This document shows positions 18,851 through 28,327 of a DNA stretch of 64,000 bases, piece by piece; within the stretch, counting starts at the first letter, position 1, and each line of letters starts with the position of its first letter. The position numbers and the translations under genes are program-made. The stretch is from an uncultured Comamonas sp. GTDB lineage: Bacteria; Pseudomonadota; Gammaproteobacteria; Burkholderiales; Burkholderiaceae_C. The DNA lies in the NCBI GenBank assembly GCA_963520865.1, contig CAUQST010000009.1, positions 17,557 through 81,556 on the forward strand, written 5' to 3'. The notes under the pieces are model-generated. The model worked only from the letters and a program-made list of their open reading frames with translations. It was not told where the DNA came from and did not search any database.

Positions 18851-20295
18851 CTACGACATTGAAAATGCCCCTAAGCTTGGTGCAACGCCTTAGCCGCGCG
18901 CTGACGTCTGCTGTCCTGGCCGTGTGGTTGCTGAGTACTGCGTTGGTGGCTTGGTATGTGGACAGCCAGATTCAGGAAAATTTTGATGTGGAGCTGATCG
19001 AGAGCGCGCATCGCCAGCTGTACCCCGCGCTGCTGGAAATTCAGCTGGCTCACCCTCAGCAAGCCAGTATCCACGAGGCGTTGAGCGATATGGCATCAAC
19101 CGCTTCCGAAGCGGGCCCGCAAGTGATGGGTGAGTTACCGGGGTCCAACCATGCAGAAGCTTTGCTGCTGCAGTTGCGCAATGTGACCGGGCAGGTGCTG
19201 CTGCGCACACAGGCAACGCCTGCTTCACCTTTTGCGGTGCCTCTGCGGCAAGGTTTTTATGACACCGATGACTACCGCGTGTTCAGCCTCTACGACGAGC
19301 AATACCAAGTGTGGCTGCAGCTTGCTGACCCTTTGAGTGAGCGCCGTGAAACCAGTCAGCGCATTGTTTTAGGGCTGGTAGCCGTGTTGCTGGTGATACT
19401 GCCGGTGCTGCTGTGGCTGGTGTCGATGGTTGCACGCCGAGAGCTGGGTGCGGTTGAGCAATTGCAGCAGCAAATCACTTCACGCAGCGGCAGCAATCTA
19501 CAGCCTTTGTCAGTGCAGGGCATGCCTTTGGAGTTGCGTGCTGTGGGAGAGGGGGTCAATCAGTTGCTTGGCCGCCTTGGAGAGGCGCTGAATGTGGAGC
19601 GTTCTTTAGCTGCCAATGCAGCGCATGAACTGCGCACTCCACTGGCGGAGGTGCGGCTGCGTTTACAGACGGCGGTGGACCAAGCCCTGGAGCAGGGCGC
19701 AAGCGTGCCACTGCACGAGGTACGCATGGCGTTGCAGTCGCTGCAAACACTTAGCCACCGCACAGAGCGACTGCTGCAGCTGTCACGAGCTGAAGGTGGT
19801 GACAGTGCTCACTTTGCATGGGTGAACCTGGTGCAGCTGGCGCAAGAGGTAGCCCAGGAGTTCTGGCAGCAAGCGCAGGCCCAAAAACGTCTGGACTGCA
19901 TCACCCCAGATGCCTGTGCTGCAGTCTGGGTGTGGGGCGATATTGATGGTTTGGCCATTGTCTTGCGCAATTTGATAGAGAACGCACTGCGCCATACGCA
20001 GGGTGCGGTAGTGCTGCAAGTGCAACCCGCACCGCATGCCGCGCTGGTGGTGAGGGATAGCGGGGCTGGGTTGAGCGCCGAGGAAATTCAAAAAATTCAG
20101 CAACGGCATGCGCGCATGGACAGGCAGCACATTGGCTATGGTCTGGGCATGTCCATTGTGAAAACAATTGCCGACAAGCACGGTGCTGCATTGACTTTTA
20201 CATCCCCGCCTGAGGGCTTTGAGCGAGGTCTGGAGGTGACTCTGGTGTTTGTACATGCCACAAATGGTGCCAAGCCCCAGCGAGTAGGCCCATAA
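18847..20295 (+). CDS. sensor histidine kinase (two TM, HAMP, HisKA, HATPase_c)
   Basis: 482-aa ORF whose start overlaps the RR stop (ATGA). It has an H-box (AAHELRTPLAEV), an N-box (LRNLIENALRHT) and G-boxes (DSGAGL, GYGLGMSIV). Confidence 0.92.
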   Translation: MTTTLKMPLSLVQRLSRALTSAVLAVWLLSTALVAWYVDSQIQENFDVELIESAHRQLYPALLEIQLAHPQQASIHEALSDMASTASEAGPQVMGELPGSNHAEALLLQLRNVTGQVLLRTQATPASPFAVPLRQGFYDTDDYRVFSLYDEQYQVWLQLADPLSERRETSQRIVLGLVAVLLVILPVLLWLVSMVARRELGAVEQLQQQITSRSGSNLQPLSVQGMPLELRAVGEGVNQLLGRLGEALNVERSLAANAAHELRTPLAEVRLRLQTAVDQALEQGASVPLHEVRMALQSLQTLSHRTERLLQLSRAEGGDSAHFAWVNLVQLAQEVAQEFWQQAQAQKRLDCITPDACAAVWVWGDIDGLAIVLRNLIENALRHTQGAVVLQVQPAPHAALVVRDSGAGLSAEEIQKIQQRHARMDRQHIGYGLGMSIVKTIADKHGAALTFTSPPEGFERGLEVTLVFVHATNGAKPQRVGP

Positions 20296-20331
20296 CAAGC
20301 AAGGCCCGCATGTGCGGGCCTTGCTTGTTAT
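20293..20331. terminator. strong perfect hairpin between convergent genes (no U-tract)
   Basis: aacaagcaaggcccgca-tg-tgcgggccttgcttgtt forms an approx. 16-17 bp perfect stem starting in the kinase stop codon. No T-run follows on either side. Confidence 0.55.
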
Positions 20332-20335
20332 GGGG

Positions 20336-20506
20336 TTAGTGCATTTGCTCCTGCGCTAAGGGCTTGGGCTCTGAGCCAATTTGCCGCTTATTGCACTTGC
20401 TTTGCTGTTGACTGTATTTGGGTTCCGTCAGCGGTTGACCAAGCTGTAAGGGCGAGGGCTGCTGCTCGTTCCAAGGCGTGTAGTGAGTTTGTGGAAGTGG
20501 TGACAT
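20336..20506 (-). CDS. small hypothetical Gln/Pro-rich protein (56 aa)
   Basis: MSPLPQTHYTPWNEQQPSPLQLGQPLTEPKYSQQQSKCNKRQIGSEPKPLAQEQMH has 11 Gln and 9 Pro. The ATG at 20506 is preceded by ggggggaaggagacttac (strong SD). The ORF-track start at 20530 is an upstream TTG. Confidence 0.55.
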   Translation of the reverse strand: MSPLPQTHYTPWNEQQPSPLQLGQPLTEPKYSQQQSKCNKRQIGSEPKPLAQEQMH

Positions 20507-20534
20507 GTAAGTCTCCTTCCCCCCAGTCAAAATC

Positions 20535-20672
20535 TCAGCGCTGTTGACTGGGCTGCTGTTTTTGCTGCCCGGGTTGCTGCTGGTTGGGCGCTTGCTGCTG
20601 TTGCTGCTTTTCCTTGGCAGCCTTGTCTTGGTCTTGCTGCTGGTTCACATGGTTTTGCTGTTGCTGGGCCAT
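20535..20672 (-). CDS. small hypothetical glutamine-rich protein (45 aa, 22 Gln)
   Basis: Hand translation gives MAQQQQNHVNQQQDQDKAAKEKQQQQQAPNQQQPGQQKQQPSQQR*. The ATG is preceded by cctgaaggagtaactt (AGGAG, 6-nt spacing). It falls below the ORF-track length cut-off and lies 28 nt upstream of the next small ORF. Confidence 0.5.
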   Translation of the reverse strand: MAQQQQNHVNQQQDQDKAAKEKQQQQQAPNQQQPGQQKQQPSQQR

Positions 20673-20721
20673 AAGTTACTCCTTCAGGATAGTGACCGAC
20701 AAACAAATGCTGTTTGCCTGT

Positions 20722-20738
20722 GGCTCAGTGTGTGCCAG
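20722..20738 (-). promoter_or_regulatory. sigma54-like -24/-12 motif upstream of the Gln-rich ORFs
   Basis: The minus strand reads cTGGCACacactgaGCc. The TGGCAC element and the GG-N10-GC spacing are exact, but the -12 element is GAGC rather than TTGC. It lies about 50 nt upstream of the ATG at 20672. Confidence 0.3.
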
Positions 20739-21165
20739 TGGTGCCGCAGCGTGTGTAGGAGACCGACTGTCACAGCCGTCCGTCATTTCTTGGTATTTTT
20801 CTGACAGCAATTACCTGTTTGTTTTTACAAATTGTGCGGTTTGTTTTTTGAGAGAAATGCTTGGAAACGTACAGCACTTCGAAGCCCTTTGCGGGCAAAA
20901 CATGCCTGGGTGGTGGCGTGCGCAGTTTTCCTTGCATCTCATCGAAGATTTCAGAAAAGTAGGCGAGCAAGGCAGTCAGAATGCTTGTGGGAAAGGATGA
21001 AACATGCTGAAATGCCTGCCGTAAAAGCACTTGAAGCTCATATTTTTACAAGATACATCGTGAGCTTGGCTAGGGTTAGTGCTGCGCTGCGACAAGAAAG
21101 CCTTTCCTACAATGGCTGCAGCCACTGACCCCCTCTCTTTCCCCGTTCGCCATGAGAATTTGCCG

Positions 21166-21678
21166 ATGACCGCACAAGAAAACACCTCCACCTCTGCACC
21201 CAGCAACCAGCGCGTCATCAAGAAGTACCCCAATCGCCGCTTGTACGACACGGCAACGTCTACCTACATCACGCTGGCAGAAGTCAAGCAACTGGTGATG
21301 GAGCGCGAGAACATCGTGGTGAAAGACGCCAAGACAGGCGATGACCTCACGCGCTCTATCTTCTTGCAAATCATTCTGGAAGAAGAGGCCGGTGGTGCTC
21401 CGATGTTTACCGAGCCCATGCTGGCAAACATTATTCGTTTCTACGGGCACACCATGCAGGGGCATATGGGCAGCTTCATTGAAAAGAACGTGCAGATGTT
21501 CACTGACTTTCAAGGCAAGATGGCTGAGCAGGGTGGTGGTGTCGATGCCTGGGCCAAGATGCTGCAAATGCCCAATCCCATGGTGTCTGCAAGCTACACA
21601 GAGCAAATGCAAAAAATGCAAGAGCAAATGCAAAAGCAGACAGAGCAGATGATGGGCATGTTTGGCATCAAACGCTGA
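21166..21678 (+). CDS. phaR: polyhydroxyalkanoate synthesis repressor PhaR
   Basis: RVIKKYPNRRLYDTATSTYITLAEVKQLVMERENIVVKDAKTGDDLTRSIFLQIILEEE is the PhaR signature. I prefer the ATG at 21166 (MTAQEN...). The ORF track begins at 21079. Confidence 0.9.
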   Translation: MTAQENTSTSAPSNQRVIKKYPNRRLYDTATSTYITLAEVKQLVMERENIVVKDAKTGDDLTRSIFLQIILEEEAGGAPMFTEPMLANIIRFYGHTMQGHMGSFIEKNVQMFTDFQGKMAEQGGGVDAWAKMLQMPNPMVSASYTEQMQKMQEQMQKQTEQMMGMFGIKR

Positions 21679-21697
21679 GCATTGCCGCGTTCGTGCA

Positions 21698-21721
21698 ACG
21701 GGCCATGTGGCCCGTTTTTTA
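21698..21721 (+). terminator. intrinsic terminator after phaR
   Basis: ACGGGCCatgtGGCCCGTtttttt is a 7-bp GC stem plus a T6-7 run, 20 nt after the stop. Confidence 0.8.
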
Positions 21722-21864
21722 TGCCAGTGCTGGGCTATGGGCTTGGCTTTGGGCACAAAAAGGCGTCACTCGCTAAAATCACGCCTTGATTTCGCCGGCC
21801 GGGACTTAGATTTCCCTGCGCAGGTTGTGCGCAGTTGGCGCAATCCCCCACACGTATTCACACA

Positions 21865-23250
21865 ATGATCACCGAAAACAGCGCCCCTAAAGTGGGCTTC
21901 GTCAGTTTGGGTTGTCCCAAAGCCTTGACCGACTCTGAACTCATCTTGACCCAGCTGAGCGCTGAGGGCTACCAGACTTCCAAGACCTTTGAAGGCGCGG
22001 ACCTGGTGATCGTGAACACCTGCGGCTTCATTGACGATGCCGTCAAAGAAAGTCTGGACACGATTGGCGAAGCGTTGGCCGCCAATGGCAAGGTGATTGT
22101 GACGGGCTGTCTGGGTGCCAAGGCAGGCAAAGAAGGCGGCGCCACCATGGTGGCTGAAATTCACCCCAGCGTGCTGGCGGTGACAGGCCCTCACGCGACG
22201 CAAGAGGTGATGGATGCTGTGCACACCCACCTGCCCAAGCCCCACGATCCCTTTGTTGACCTAGTGCCCGGCAGCTTTGGTGAGGCGGGGATCAAGCTCA
22301 CGCCCAAGCACTATGCCTATCTGAAAATTTCGGAAGGCTGCAACCACCGTTGCACTTTCTGCATCATCCCGTCCATGCGCGGAGACCTGGTTTCGCGCCC
22401 GATTGGTGACGTGCTCAAGGAAGCCAAAGCGCTGTTTGAAGGCGGCGTGAAAGAGCTGCTGGTGATCAGCCAGGACACCTCGGCCTATGGCGTGGACGTG
22501 AAGTACCGCACCGGGTTCTGGGACGGCAAACCCGTCAAGACCCGCATGCTGGAGCTGGCCGATGAGTTGGGCAAGCTGGCCCAGCAACACGGCGCGTGGG
22601 TGCGCATGCACTATGTGTACCCCTACCCGACGGTAGATGCCGTTTTGCCTTTGATGGCCGAAGGCAAAATCTTGCCTTACCTTGATGTGCCCTTGCAGCA
22701 CAGCCATCCCGATGTGCTCAAGCGCATGAAGCGTCCTGCCTCAGGTGAAAAGAACCTGGATCGCATCCGCGAATGGCGAAAGATTTGCCCTGAGCTGGTG
22801 ATCCGCTCCACCTTTATTGCTGGTTTTCCCGGTGAGACTGAAGAAGAGTTTGAGCACTTGCTGGACTTCATTCGAGAAGCCGATATTGACCGTGCGGGCT
22901 GCTTTGCCTATAGCCCTGTGGAAGGCGCTACGGCCAATGAGCTTCCTGGAATGCTGCCGCTGGAAGTGCGCGAAGCACGCCGTGCCCGTTTCATGGAAGT
23001 GGCCGAAGAAGTCTCGACCCAGCGCCTGCAGCGCCGTGTGGGCCAGGTCATGAAGGTGCTGGTCGACAAGTCGGTTGGCCTGGGCAAGAAGGGCGGCGTT
23101 GGTCGCACCTATGCCGATGCGCCTGAGATTGACGGTGTGGTGCATATCCAGCCACCCGAAAAGGCCAGCAAGACCTACAAGACGGGTGACCTGATCTCCG
23201 TTCGTATCCTGGGCGTGCAAGGGCACGATCTGGTGGGCATTCCAGTTTAA
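21865..23250 (+). CDS. rimO: ribosomal protein S12 methylthiotransferase
   Basis: [31 protein letters not shown] (UPF0004 domain), a radical-SAM cluster ([13 protein letters not shown]) and a TRAM C-terminus. ATG at 21865. Confidence 0.92.
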   Translation: MITENSAPKVGFVSLGCPKALTDSELILTQLSAEGYQTSKTFEGADLVIVNTCGFIDDAVKESLDTIGEALAANGKVIVTGCLGAKAGKEGGATMVAEIHPSVLAVTGPHATQEVMDAVHTHLPKPHDPFVDLVPGSFGEAGIKLTPKHYAYLKISEGCNHRCTFCIIPSMRGDLVSRPIGDVLKEAKALFEGGVKELLVISQDTSAYGVDVKYRTGFWDGKPVKTRMLELADELGKLAQQHGAWVRMHYVYPYPTVDAVLPLMAEGKILPYLDVPLQHSHPDVLKRMKRPASGEKNLDRIREWRKICPELVIRSTFIAGFPGETEEEFEHLLDFIREADIDRAGCFAYSPVEGATANELPGMLPLEVREARRARFMEVAEEVSTQRLQRRVGQVMKVLVDKSVGLGKKGGVGRTYADAPEIDGVVHIQPPEKASKTYKTGDLISVRILGVQGHDLVGIPV

Positions 23251-23352
23251 GGTGGATTTAAAAGTGAGCTGCTAGTGCTGGTATCCATTGGGTTTCAGAT
23301 AGAAAACTATCTGAGATGCAGGTGGTGTAAGCGCAAGTAGCTACTTAAATTG

Positions 23353-23384
23353 AAAAAAGGCTTCCATCTGGAAGCCTTTTTTTT
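23353..23384. terminator. bidirectional intrinsic terminator (GGCTTCC-N4-GGAAGCC type)
   Basis: aaaaaaGGCTTCCatctGGAAGCCtttttttt, located between rimO (+) and the AhpD-like gene (-). Confidence 0.85.
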
Positions 23385-23401
23385 GGAAAAACCGTCCCTA
23401 T

Positions 23402-23731
23402 TTACTCGCCAAGGGCATCCAGCGCGCGAGCGGAATAGACCATCGCAGCACCGGCATTCAAGGCCACGGCCACGCCCAGTGCTTCGGCTATTTCCTCTTT
23501 GGTTGCGCCAGCCGCCTTGGCTGCCTTGGTATGCACGGCAATACAGCCGTCACAGCGGGTAGTCACACCCACGGCAATCGCAATCAACTCGCGCGTCTTG
23601 GCATCCAGATGGTGGGTCTTGCTGCCTGCGGTGGAAAGTGCTTTGTAGCCTTCCATGGTGCCGGGGCTGAGGGTGGCAAATTCGCCCAATCGGCCTGCAA
23701 GCTCTTTGCGGTATTCGTTCCAGTCCAGCAT
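23402..23731 (-). CDS. carboxymuconolactone decarboxylase / AhpD-like family protein
   Basis: MLDWNEYRKELAGRLGEF...KTRELIAIAVGVTTRCDGCIAVHTKAAKAAGATKEEIAEALGVAV is an AhpD-core CxxC motif. I prefer the ATG at 23731 (109 aa) over the ORF-track start at 23941. Confidence 0.85.
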   Translation of the reverse strand: MLDWNEYRKELAGRLGEFATLSPGTMEGYKALSTAGSKTHHLDAKTRELIAIAVGVTTRCDGCIAVHTKAAKAAGATKEEIAEALGVAVALNAGAAMVYSARALDALGE

Positions 23732-23905
23732 GTGGGGCTCCTGTCCATGTTGTTGGGTCTGAGGATGAAAATCATGCGCCAGCAAGAATACTAATCTGGC
23801 AGACCTTGCACTGGCATGTAGGCCAAATGCCTCAGAAGGCGGCTGCCATGCGCTGCAGGATGAAACAAGGTCATACTGAAAAAAATTTATGTCAACGGAG
23901 GTGTT

Positions 23906-24469
23906 ATGGGAACTCAGAATCCACAAGCTAGTGCACTGCAACTGACCATCGGCCGAACCTGGTGGGTGATTTTGCTCTTCGGTATCTTGTCCACCTTGTT
24001 TGGATTGATGGCCATCTTTGAGCCTGTGCGTGCGGGTGCAGGGATCACATGGGCGATTGGCTTGCTGGCCATTGCCGAAGGTGTCGTGAGTTTGATCGCT
24101 GTCTTTAATAAGAATTTGCCCATTTCGCGGGGCTGGATGATTGTTTACGCGCTGCTCTCGCTGCTTTTTGGCGTGATGGCTGTCGCCAACCCTGTGTCCA
24201 TGGCCGCCGCCTTCGTGACAGTGATGGCAGTCTGGTTCATTATTTCGGGTGTGCTGCGCATCATCTTTGCGGTGCGCGTGCGCAAAGAAATCGACAACGA
24301 GTGGATGCTGATTTTGAGCGGCGTGCTGGGCGTGGTTCTTGGTGGCCTGATGCTGGCAGCACCCATTGCCGGGCTGATTGTGGCGGTGATCTGGATTGGC
24401 GTAGGCGCTTTGTTCTATGGCATTTTGCAGATCGTTGCTGCGTTCAAAATCCGTAAGCTGGCCGCGTAG
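23906..24469 (+). CDS. HdeD-family (DUF308) membrane protein
   Basis: 187-aa ORF with six hydrophobic helices and the repeated pattern typical of DUF308 (WWVILLFGILSTLFGLMAIFEP...). The SD ggagg precedes the ATG. Confidence 0.8.
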   Translation: MGTQNPQASALQLTIGRTWWVILLFGILSTLFGLMAIFEPVRAGAGITWAIGLLAIAEGVVSLIAVFNKNLPISRGWMIVYALLSLLFGVMAVANPVSMAAAFVTVMAVWFIISGVLRIIFAVRVRKEIDNEWMLILSGVLGVVLGGLMLAAPIAGLIVAVIWIGVGALFYGILQIVAAFKIRKLAA

Positions 24470-24516
24470 CAGAGCTGGATGCCGAATGCAGATTGCATTG
24501 GCTGCATCCAGAAGAC

Positions 24517-24545
24517 AAAAAGGCTTCCCAAGGGAAGCCTTTTTG
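24517..24545. terminator. bidirectional intrinsic terminator (GGCTTCC-N4-GGAAGCC type)
   Basis: aaaaaGGCTTCCcaagGGAAGCCttttt, located between the HdeD-like gene (+) and livF (-). Confidence 0.85.
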
Positions 24546-24570
24546 CTGGGCGCTGCCAGGCAGCGAATGC

Positions 24571-25302
24571 TTATTCGCCCAAATAGGCCGCGCGCACTTT
24601 GGGGTCGTGCAGCAGCTCGTGGCCGGGGCCTTGCAGCGTGAGCTCACCTGACTCCAGTACATAGCCACGCTGGCTCACTTCCAGTGCCAGACGAGCGTTT
24701 TGCTCGATGAGCAAGATGGTGACGCCTTGCTTGGAAATGTCTTCGATCACTTCAAAGATTTTGTCCACCATGATGGGTGCCAGCCCCATGGTGGGTTCAT
24801 CGAGCAGCAGCAACTGGGGCTTGGACAAGATGGCGCGCCCCATGGCCACCATTTGCTGCTCGCCACCGGACAACGTGCCAGCGGTTTGCTTGCGGCGCTC
24901 AGCCAGACGCGGAAAACGTTGGTAGACCTGCTCGACTTCGTGCGCAATCGCGGCTTTGTCGCTGCGACTGTAGGCCCCCATGCTCAGGTTTTCTTCAATC
25001 GTCAGCTGTGGAAAAATGCCACGGCCTTCCGGCACCATCACCAGGCCCTGGCGCACCATGGCATGCACGGGCTGGCCTGCCAGGCTTTGGCCTTTGTAAT
25101 GGATGGCACCTGTTGCCAGTGGCACCAAGCCGCAAATAGCGCGCAACGTGGTGCTTTTGCCTGCACCATTGGCACCAATCAGTGCGACCAGCTCTCCGGG
25201 GTTTACGTGCAAGTTGAGCTTGCGCACGGCGCGGATGCCGCCGTAGGCAACGTCAATGCCGCGCACATCCAGCATGGGGGTGGGGGCGTTCGCTTCAGTC
25301 AT
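24571..25302 (-). CDS. livF: branched-chain amino acid ABC transporter ATP-binding protein
   Basis: Walker A (GANGAGKST), signature (LSGGEQQMVAMGRA) and Walker B (LLLLDEP). ATG at 25302 ([15 protein letters not shown]...). Last gene of a livKHMGF-ordered cluster. Confidence 0.9.
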   Translation of the reverse strand: MTEANAPTPMLDVRGIDVAYGGIRAVRKLNLHVNPGELVALIGANGAGKSTTLRAICGLVPLATGAIHYKGQSLAGQPVHAMVRQGLVMVPEGRGIFPQLTIEENLSMGAYSRSDKAAIAHEVEQVYQRFPRLAERRKQTAGTLSGGEQQMVAMGRAILSKPQLLLLDEPTMGLAPIMVDKIFEVIEDISKQGVTILLIEQNARLALEVSQRGYVLESGELTLQGPGHELLHDPKVRAAYLGE

Positions 25303-26161
25303 GGCGAGGCTCTTGTTGGGTAGGGTGGGCAAGTTCGGGGTGCAGCAGCGGGTCTTGCGCGGCACCTTTACCCAGATAGGCTTCGATCACGCGCGGGTCA
25401 CGCTGCACATCGTGTGGCAGTCCATACGACAGCACCTGGCCGTATTCCAGCACCAGTACGCGGTCACACATGTTCATCACCAGTTTCATGTCGTGCTCAA
25501 TCAGCAGCACGGTGATGCCGTCATCCCGAATCTTTTCAATCAGCGTGCGCAGCACCACGGTCTCAGAGGGGTTCATGCCTGCGGCAGGCTCATCCAGCGC
25601 CAGCAGCGCGGGGCTGGTGGCCAGAGCACGTGCAATTTCCAGGCGTCGCTGGTCGCCATACGACAGCGATGACGCCACCTCATTGGCAACGTGGGAGATG
25701 CCTACGTACTCCAGTAGTTCCAGCGCCCGGGCCTCGGTGCGGGCTTCTTCCTGGCGTGTGGCCTTGTTGCGCACAATGGCACCCCACAGACCGGCCTGTG
25801 TGCGCAGGTGCTGGCCAATCATCACGTTCTCCAGCGCAGTCAGGGCCGAGAACAGACGGATGTTCTGGAACGTGCGCGCCAGACCCTGTATGGCGATCTC
25901 ATGCGGTTTCAGGCGGGTGAGCTCTACCCCCTGAAACTGGCAGCTGCCAGATTCGGGGATGTACAGCGCCGTCATCACATTGAACAGCGTGGTTTTTCCT
26001 GCCCCGTTGGGGCCGATCAAGCCAAAGATTTCGCCCTTGCGAATCTCAAAACTCACATCGTTCAAGGCTTGCAGGCCGCCAAAGCGTTTGCTCAAGCCTT
26101 TGGCAATCAGCAAAGACTGACCGGTGGCGATGCCTTGGTGGGTGTGTGGCAATGCGCTCAT
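25295..26161 (-). CDS. livG: branched-chain amino acid ABC transporter ATP-binding protein
   Basis: Walker A (GPNGAGKTT), signature ([14 protein letters not shown]) and Walker B (LLALDEP), with a LivG-type C-terminal extension. Confidence 0.9.
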   Translation of the reverse strand: MSALPHTHQGIATGQSLLIAKGLSKRFGGLQALNDVSFEIRKGEIFGLIGPNGAGKTTLFNVMTALYIPESGSCQFQGVELTRLKPHEIAIQGLARTFQNIRLFSALTALENVMIGQHLRTQAGLWGAIVRNKATRQEEARTEARALELLEYVGISHVANEVASSLSYGDQRRLEIARALATSPALLALDEPAAGMNPSETVVLRTLIEKIRDDGITVLLIEHDMKLVMNMCDRVLVLEYGQVLSYGLPHDVQRDPRVIEAYLGKGAAQDPLLHPELAHPTQQEPRHD

Positions 26162-27252
26162 GCCTTTGTCTCCTTGCCACTGTTCAATTCACGCTTGCGC
26201 ACCGCAGAGGGCCACAGGCCTTCAGGGCGGAAGATCATCACCGTCACCAGGGCCACTCCAAACAGCAGCATACGAATGGCGTCAGGGTCTACCACCACGC
26301 TGCCAAACAGCGTTTCTTGAACGGGCACCACGATGTTGCGCAAAATTTCAGGAAAGATGGACAGCAGCAGTGCACCCGCTACAACACCGGGCACATGGCC
26401 CATGCCCCCCAGCACCACCATGCACAAGATGGCAATGGATTCACTCAGTCCAAAACTTTCCGGGCTGACAAAGCCTTGCATGGAGGCAAACAGGCAACCG
26501 GCCACACCGCCAAAGCTGGCACCCATGCCAAAGGCCATGAGCTTGATGTTGCGTGTGTTGATGCCCATGGCCTTGGCGGCAATCTCGTCTTCACGGACTG
26601 CCTCCCAGGCACGGCCCACGCGCGAGTTTTGCAGGCGGATGCAGATGAAGATGATGACAATCACCAGCGCCATCAGCAGGTAGTAGTACTTCTCGGGCCC
26701 TGTGATGCGAAAGCCCAGAATGGTTTCCGGGCGACCCAGTGCCCATTCACCAATCTTGACGGTGTCGATGCGGTTGATCCCCTGGGGGCCATTGGTGATG
26801 TTCACCGGCGCATCAAGGTTGTTCATGAAGATACGAATGATTTCACCAAAGCCCAGTGTGACGATGGCCAGGTAGTCGCCCCGCAACTTGAGCACTGGAA
26901 AACCCAGCGCAATGCCCGCCATGGCCGCCAGCGCTACCCCAATCGGCAGCACAATCCAAAACGGCAGGTGCAAGTCAAAGTGTGGCGATGCCAGCAACGC
27001 CCAGGCATAGGCACCCACGGCGTAAAAGGCGATGTAACCCAGATCCAGCAGGCCTGCAAAGCCCACCACAATGTTCAGGCCCAAGGCCAGCATCACATAC
27101 AGCAGCGCAAAGTTGAGGATGCGAATCCAGCCTTGCCCGGCGGTAGCGCCCAGCAAGAAAGGCAGCATCAGCAGCACTGCACCAATTGCAAATGCGCCCA
27201 GCCAGACTTTGACCGGAGTGCGGTGTTTGGAGGTCGAAGCGGTATGGCTCAT
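26158..27252 (-). CDS. livM: branched-chain amino acid ABC transporter permease
   Basis: 364-aa polytopic ORF with LivM-type motifs (GLLDLGYIAFYAVGAY, GGMGHVPGVVAGA). It overlaps livG and livH by 4 nt each. Confidence 0.9.
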   Translation of the reverse strand: MSHTASTSKHRTPVKVWLGAFAIGAVLLMLPFLLGATAGQGWIRILNFALLYVMLALGLNIVVGFAGLLDLGYIAFYAVGAYAWALLASPHFDLHLPFWIVLPIGVALAAMAGIALGFPVLKLRGDYLAIVTLGFGEIIRIFMNNLDAPVNITNGPQGINRIDTVKIGEWALGRPETILGFRITGPEKYYYLLMALVIVIIFICIRLQNSRVGRAWEAVREDEIAAKAMGINTRNIKLMAFGMGASFGGVAGCLFASMQGFVSPESFGLSESIAILCMVVLGGMGHVPGVVAGALLLSIFPEILRNIVVPVQETLFGSVVVDPDAIRMLLFGVALVTVMIFRPEGLWPSAVRKRELNSGKETKA

Positions 27253-28178
27253 GCACGGTCTCCTGAACGCTCGCCCAACAAGCCAGAGGGGCGGAAGATC
27301 AGTACCACCACCAGCACGATAAAGCTGAACACGTCCTGGTAGTGGCTGCCAAATACGCCATTGGTCAGACTGCCCACGTAGCCTGAGCCCAGTGCCTCAA
27401 TCAAGCCCAGCAGCAAACCCCCCAGCATGGCACCACCCAGGTTGCCAATACCGCCCAGCACCGCTGCGGTGAACGCTTTCAGGCCCAGCATGAAGCCCAT
27501 GGTGTATTGCGCCACGCCGTAGTAGCTGGTGATCATCACGCCGGCAACCGCAGCCAGGGCAGAGCCAATCAGGAAGGCGGCGGAGATGACGGTGTTGATG
27601 TTCACACCCATGAGGCCCGCAACTTCACGGTTTTGTGCCGTAGCGCGCATGGCCATGCCCAGGCGTGTTTTGTGTACCAGCAGCAGCAAGGCCACCATGA
27701 TCAGTGCAGAGCCCAGCATGATGGCAATTTGCAGCATGCTCAAGCGCGCATCACCAATCTGAAAGACGGTGGGCTCGATGACGTGCGGAAAATTCAGGTA
27801 GTTGCGGCCCCAGGCCATCATGGCCACGTTCTGGATGATGATGGACACGCCAATGGCCGTAATCAGTGCCGCCAAACGGGGGGCCCGGCGCAGTGGCCGA
27901 TAGGCAATGCGCTCAGCGGTCCAGCCCAGTGCCATGCACACAGGGATAGACACTAAAAGCGCTGCACCCAGTGCCACGAAAACAGAGACGTCACCAAAGT
28001 GGCCAACCAGCCCCAGCACCACGCTGGTAGCGGTCATGGCACCGACCATGACCACATCGCCGTGGGCGAAGTTGATCAGACCGATGATCCCGTAGACCAT
28101 GGTGTAGCCCAGTGCTACCAGCGCATATACGCTGCCAGCAGTCAGGCCGTTGATGATTTGTTGCAGAAAGATATCCAT
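27249..28178 (-). CDS. livH: branched-chain amino acid ABC transporter permease
   Basis: MDIFLQQIINGLTAGSVYALVALGYTMVYGIIGLINFAHGD is the LivH signature. I prefer the ATG at 28178. Confidence 0.9.
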   Translation of the reverse strand: MDIFLQQIINGLTAGSVYALVALGYTMVYGIIGLINFAHGDVVMVGAMTATSVVLGLVGHFGDVSVFVALGAALLVSIPVCMALGWTAERIAYRPLRRAPRLAALITAIGVSIIIQNVAMMAWGRNYLNFPHVIEPTVFQIGDARLSMLQIAIMLGSALIMVALLLLVHKTRLGMAMRATAQNREVAGLMGVNINTVISAAFLIGSALAAVAGVMITSYYGVAQYTMGFMLGLKAFTAAVLGGIGNLGGAMLGGLLLGLIEALGSGYVGSLTNGVFGSHYQDVFSFIVLVVVLIFRPSGLLGERSGDRA

Positions 28179-28327
28179 GACGGGCGCGCCGTGCGGCGTG
28201 GGCAGTCGGAGAAAAATGAACTTGTTGTGAGTGGCAAGTCCGAGATGTTGCGGCGAAGTCAATCACCGCAAATGGCTGCCTAAGCAGCTGCCACAGCCCG
28301 TGGAAGCGGGCCGTGGCAGGGGGTGCA

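Noticed and set aside
20544-21000. Plus-strand ORFs (86 and 138 aa) that begin with long Leu/Cys-rich hydrophobic runs (MTGLLFLLPGLLLVGRLLLLLLF...) and look like membrane peptides.
   Set aside because: They are the antisense reading of the CAG/CAA (Gln) codon runs, so CTG/TTG gives Leu. They lack an SD and use non-ATG starts. They also run on into clearly non-coding DNA. The minus-strand small ORFs have proper SD-ATG geometry.
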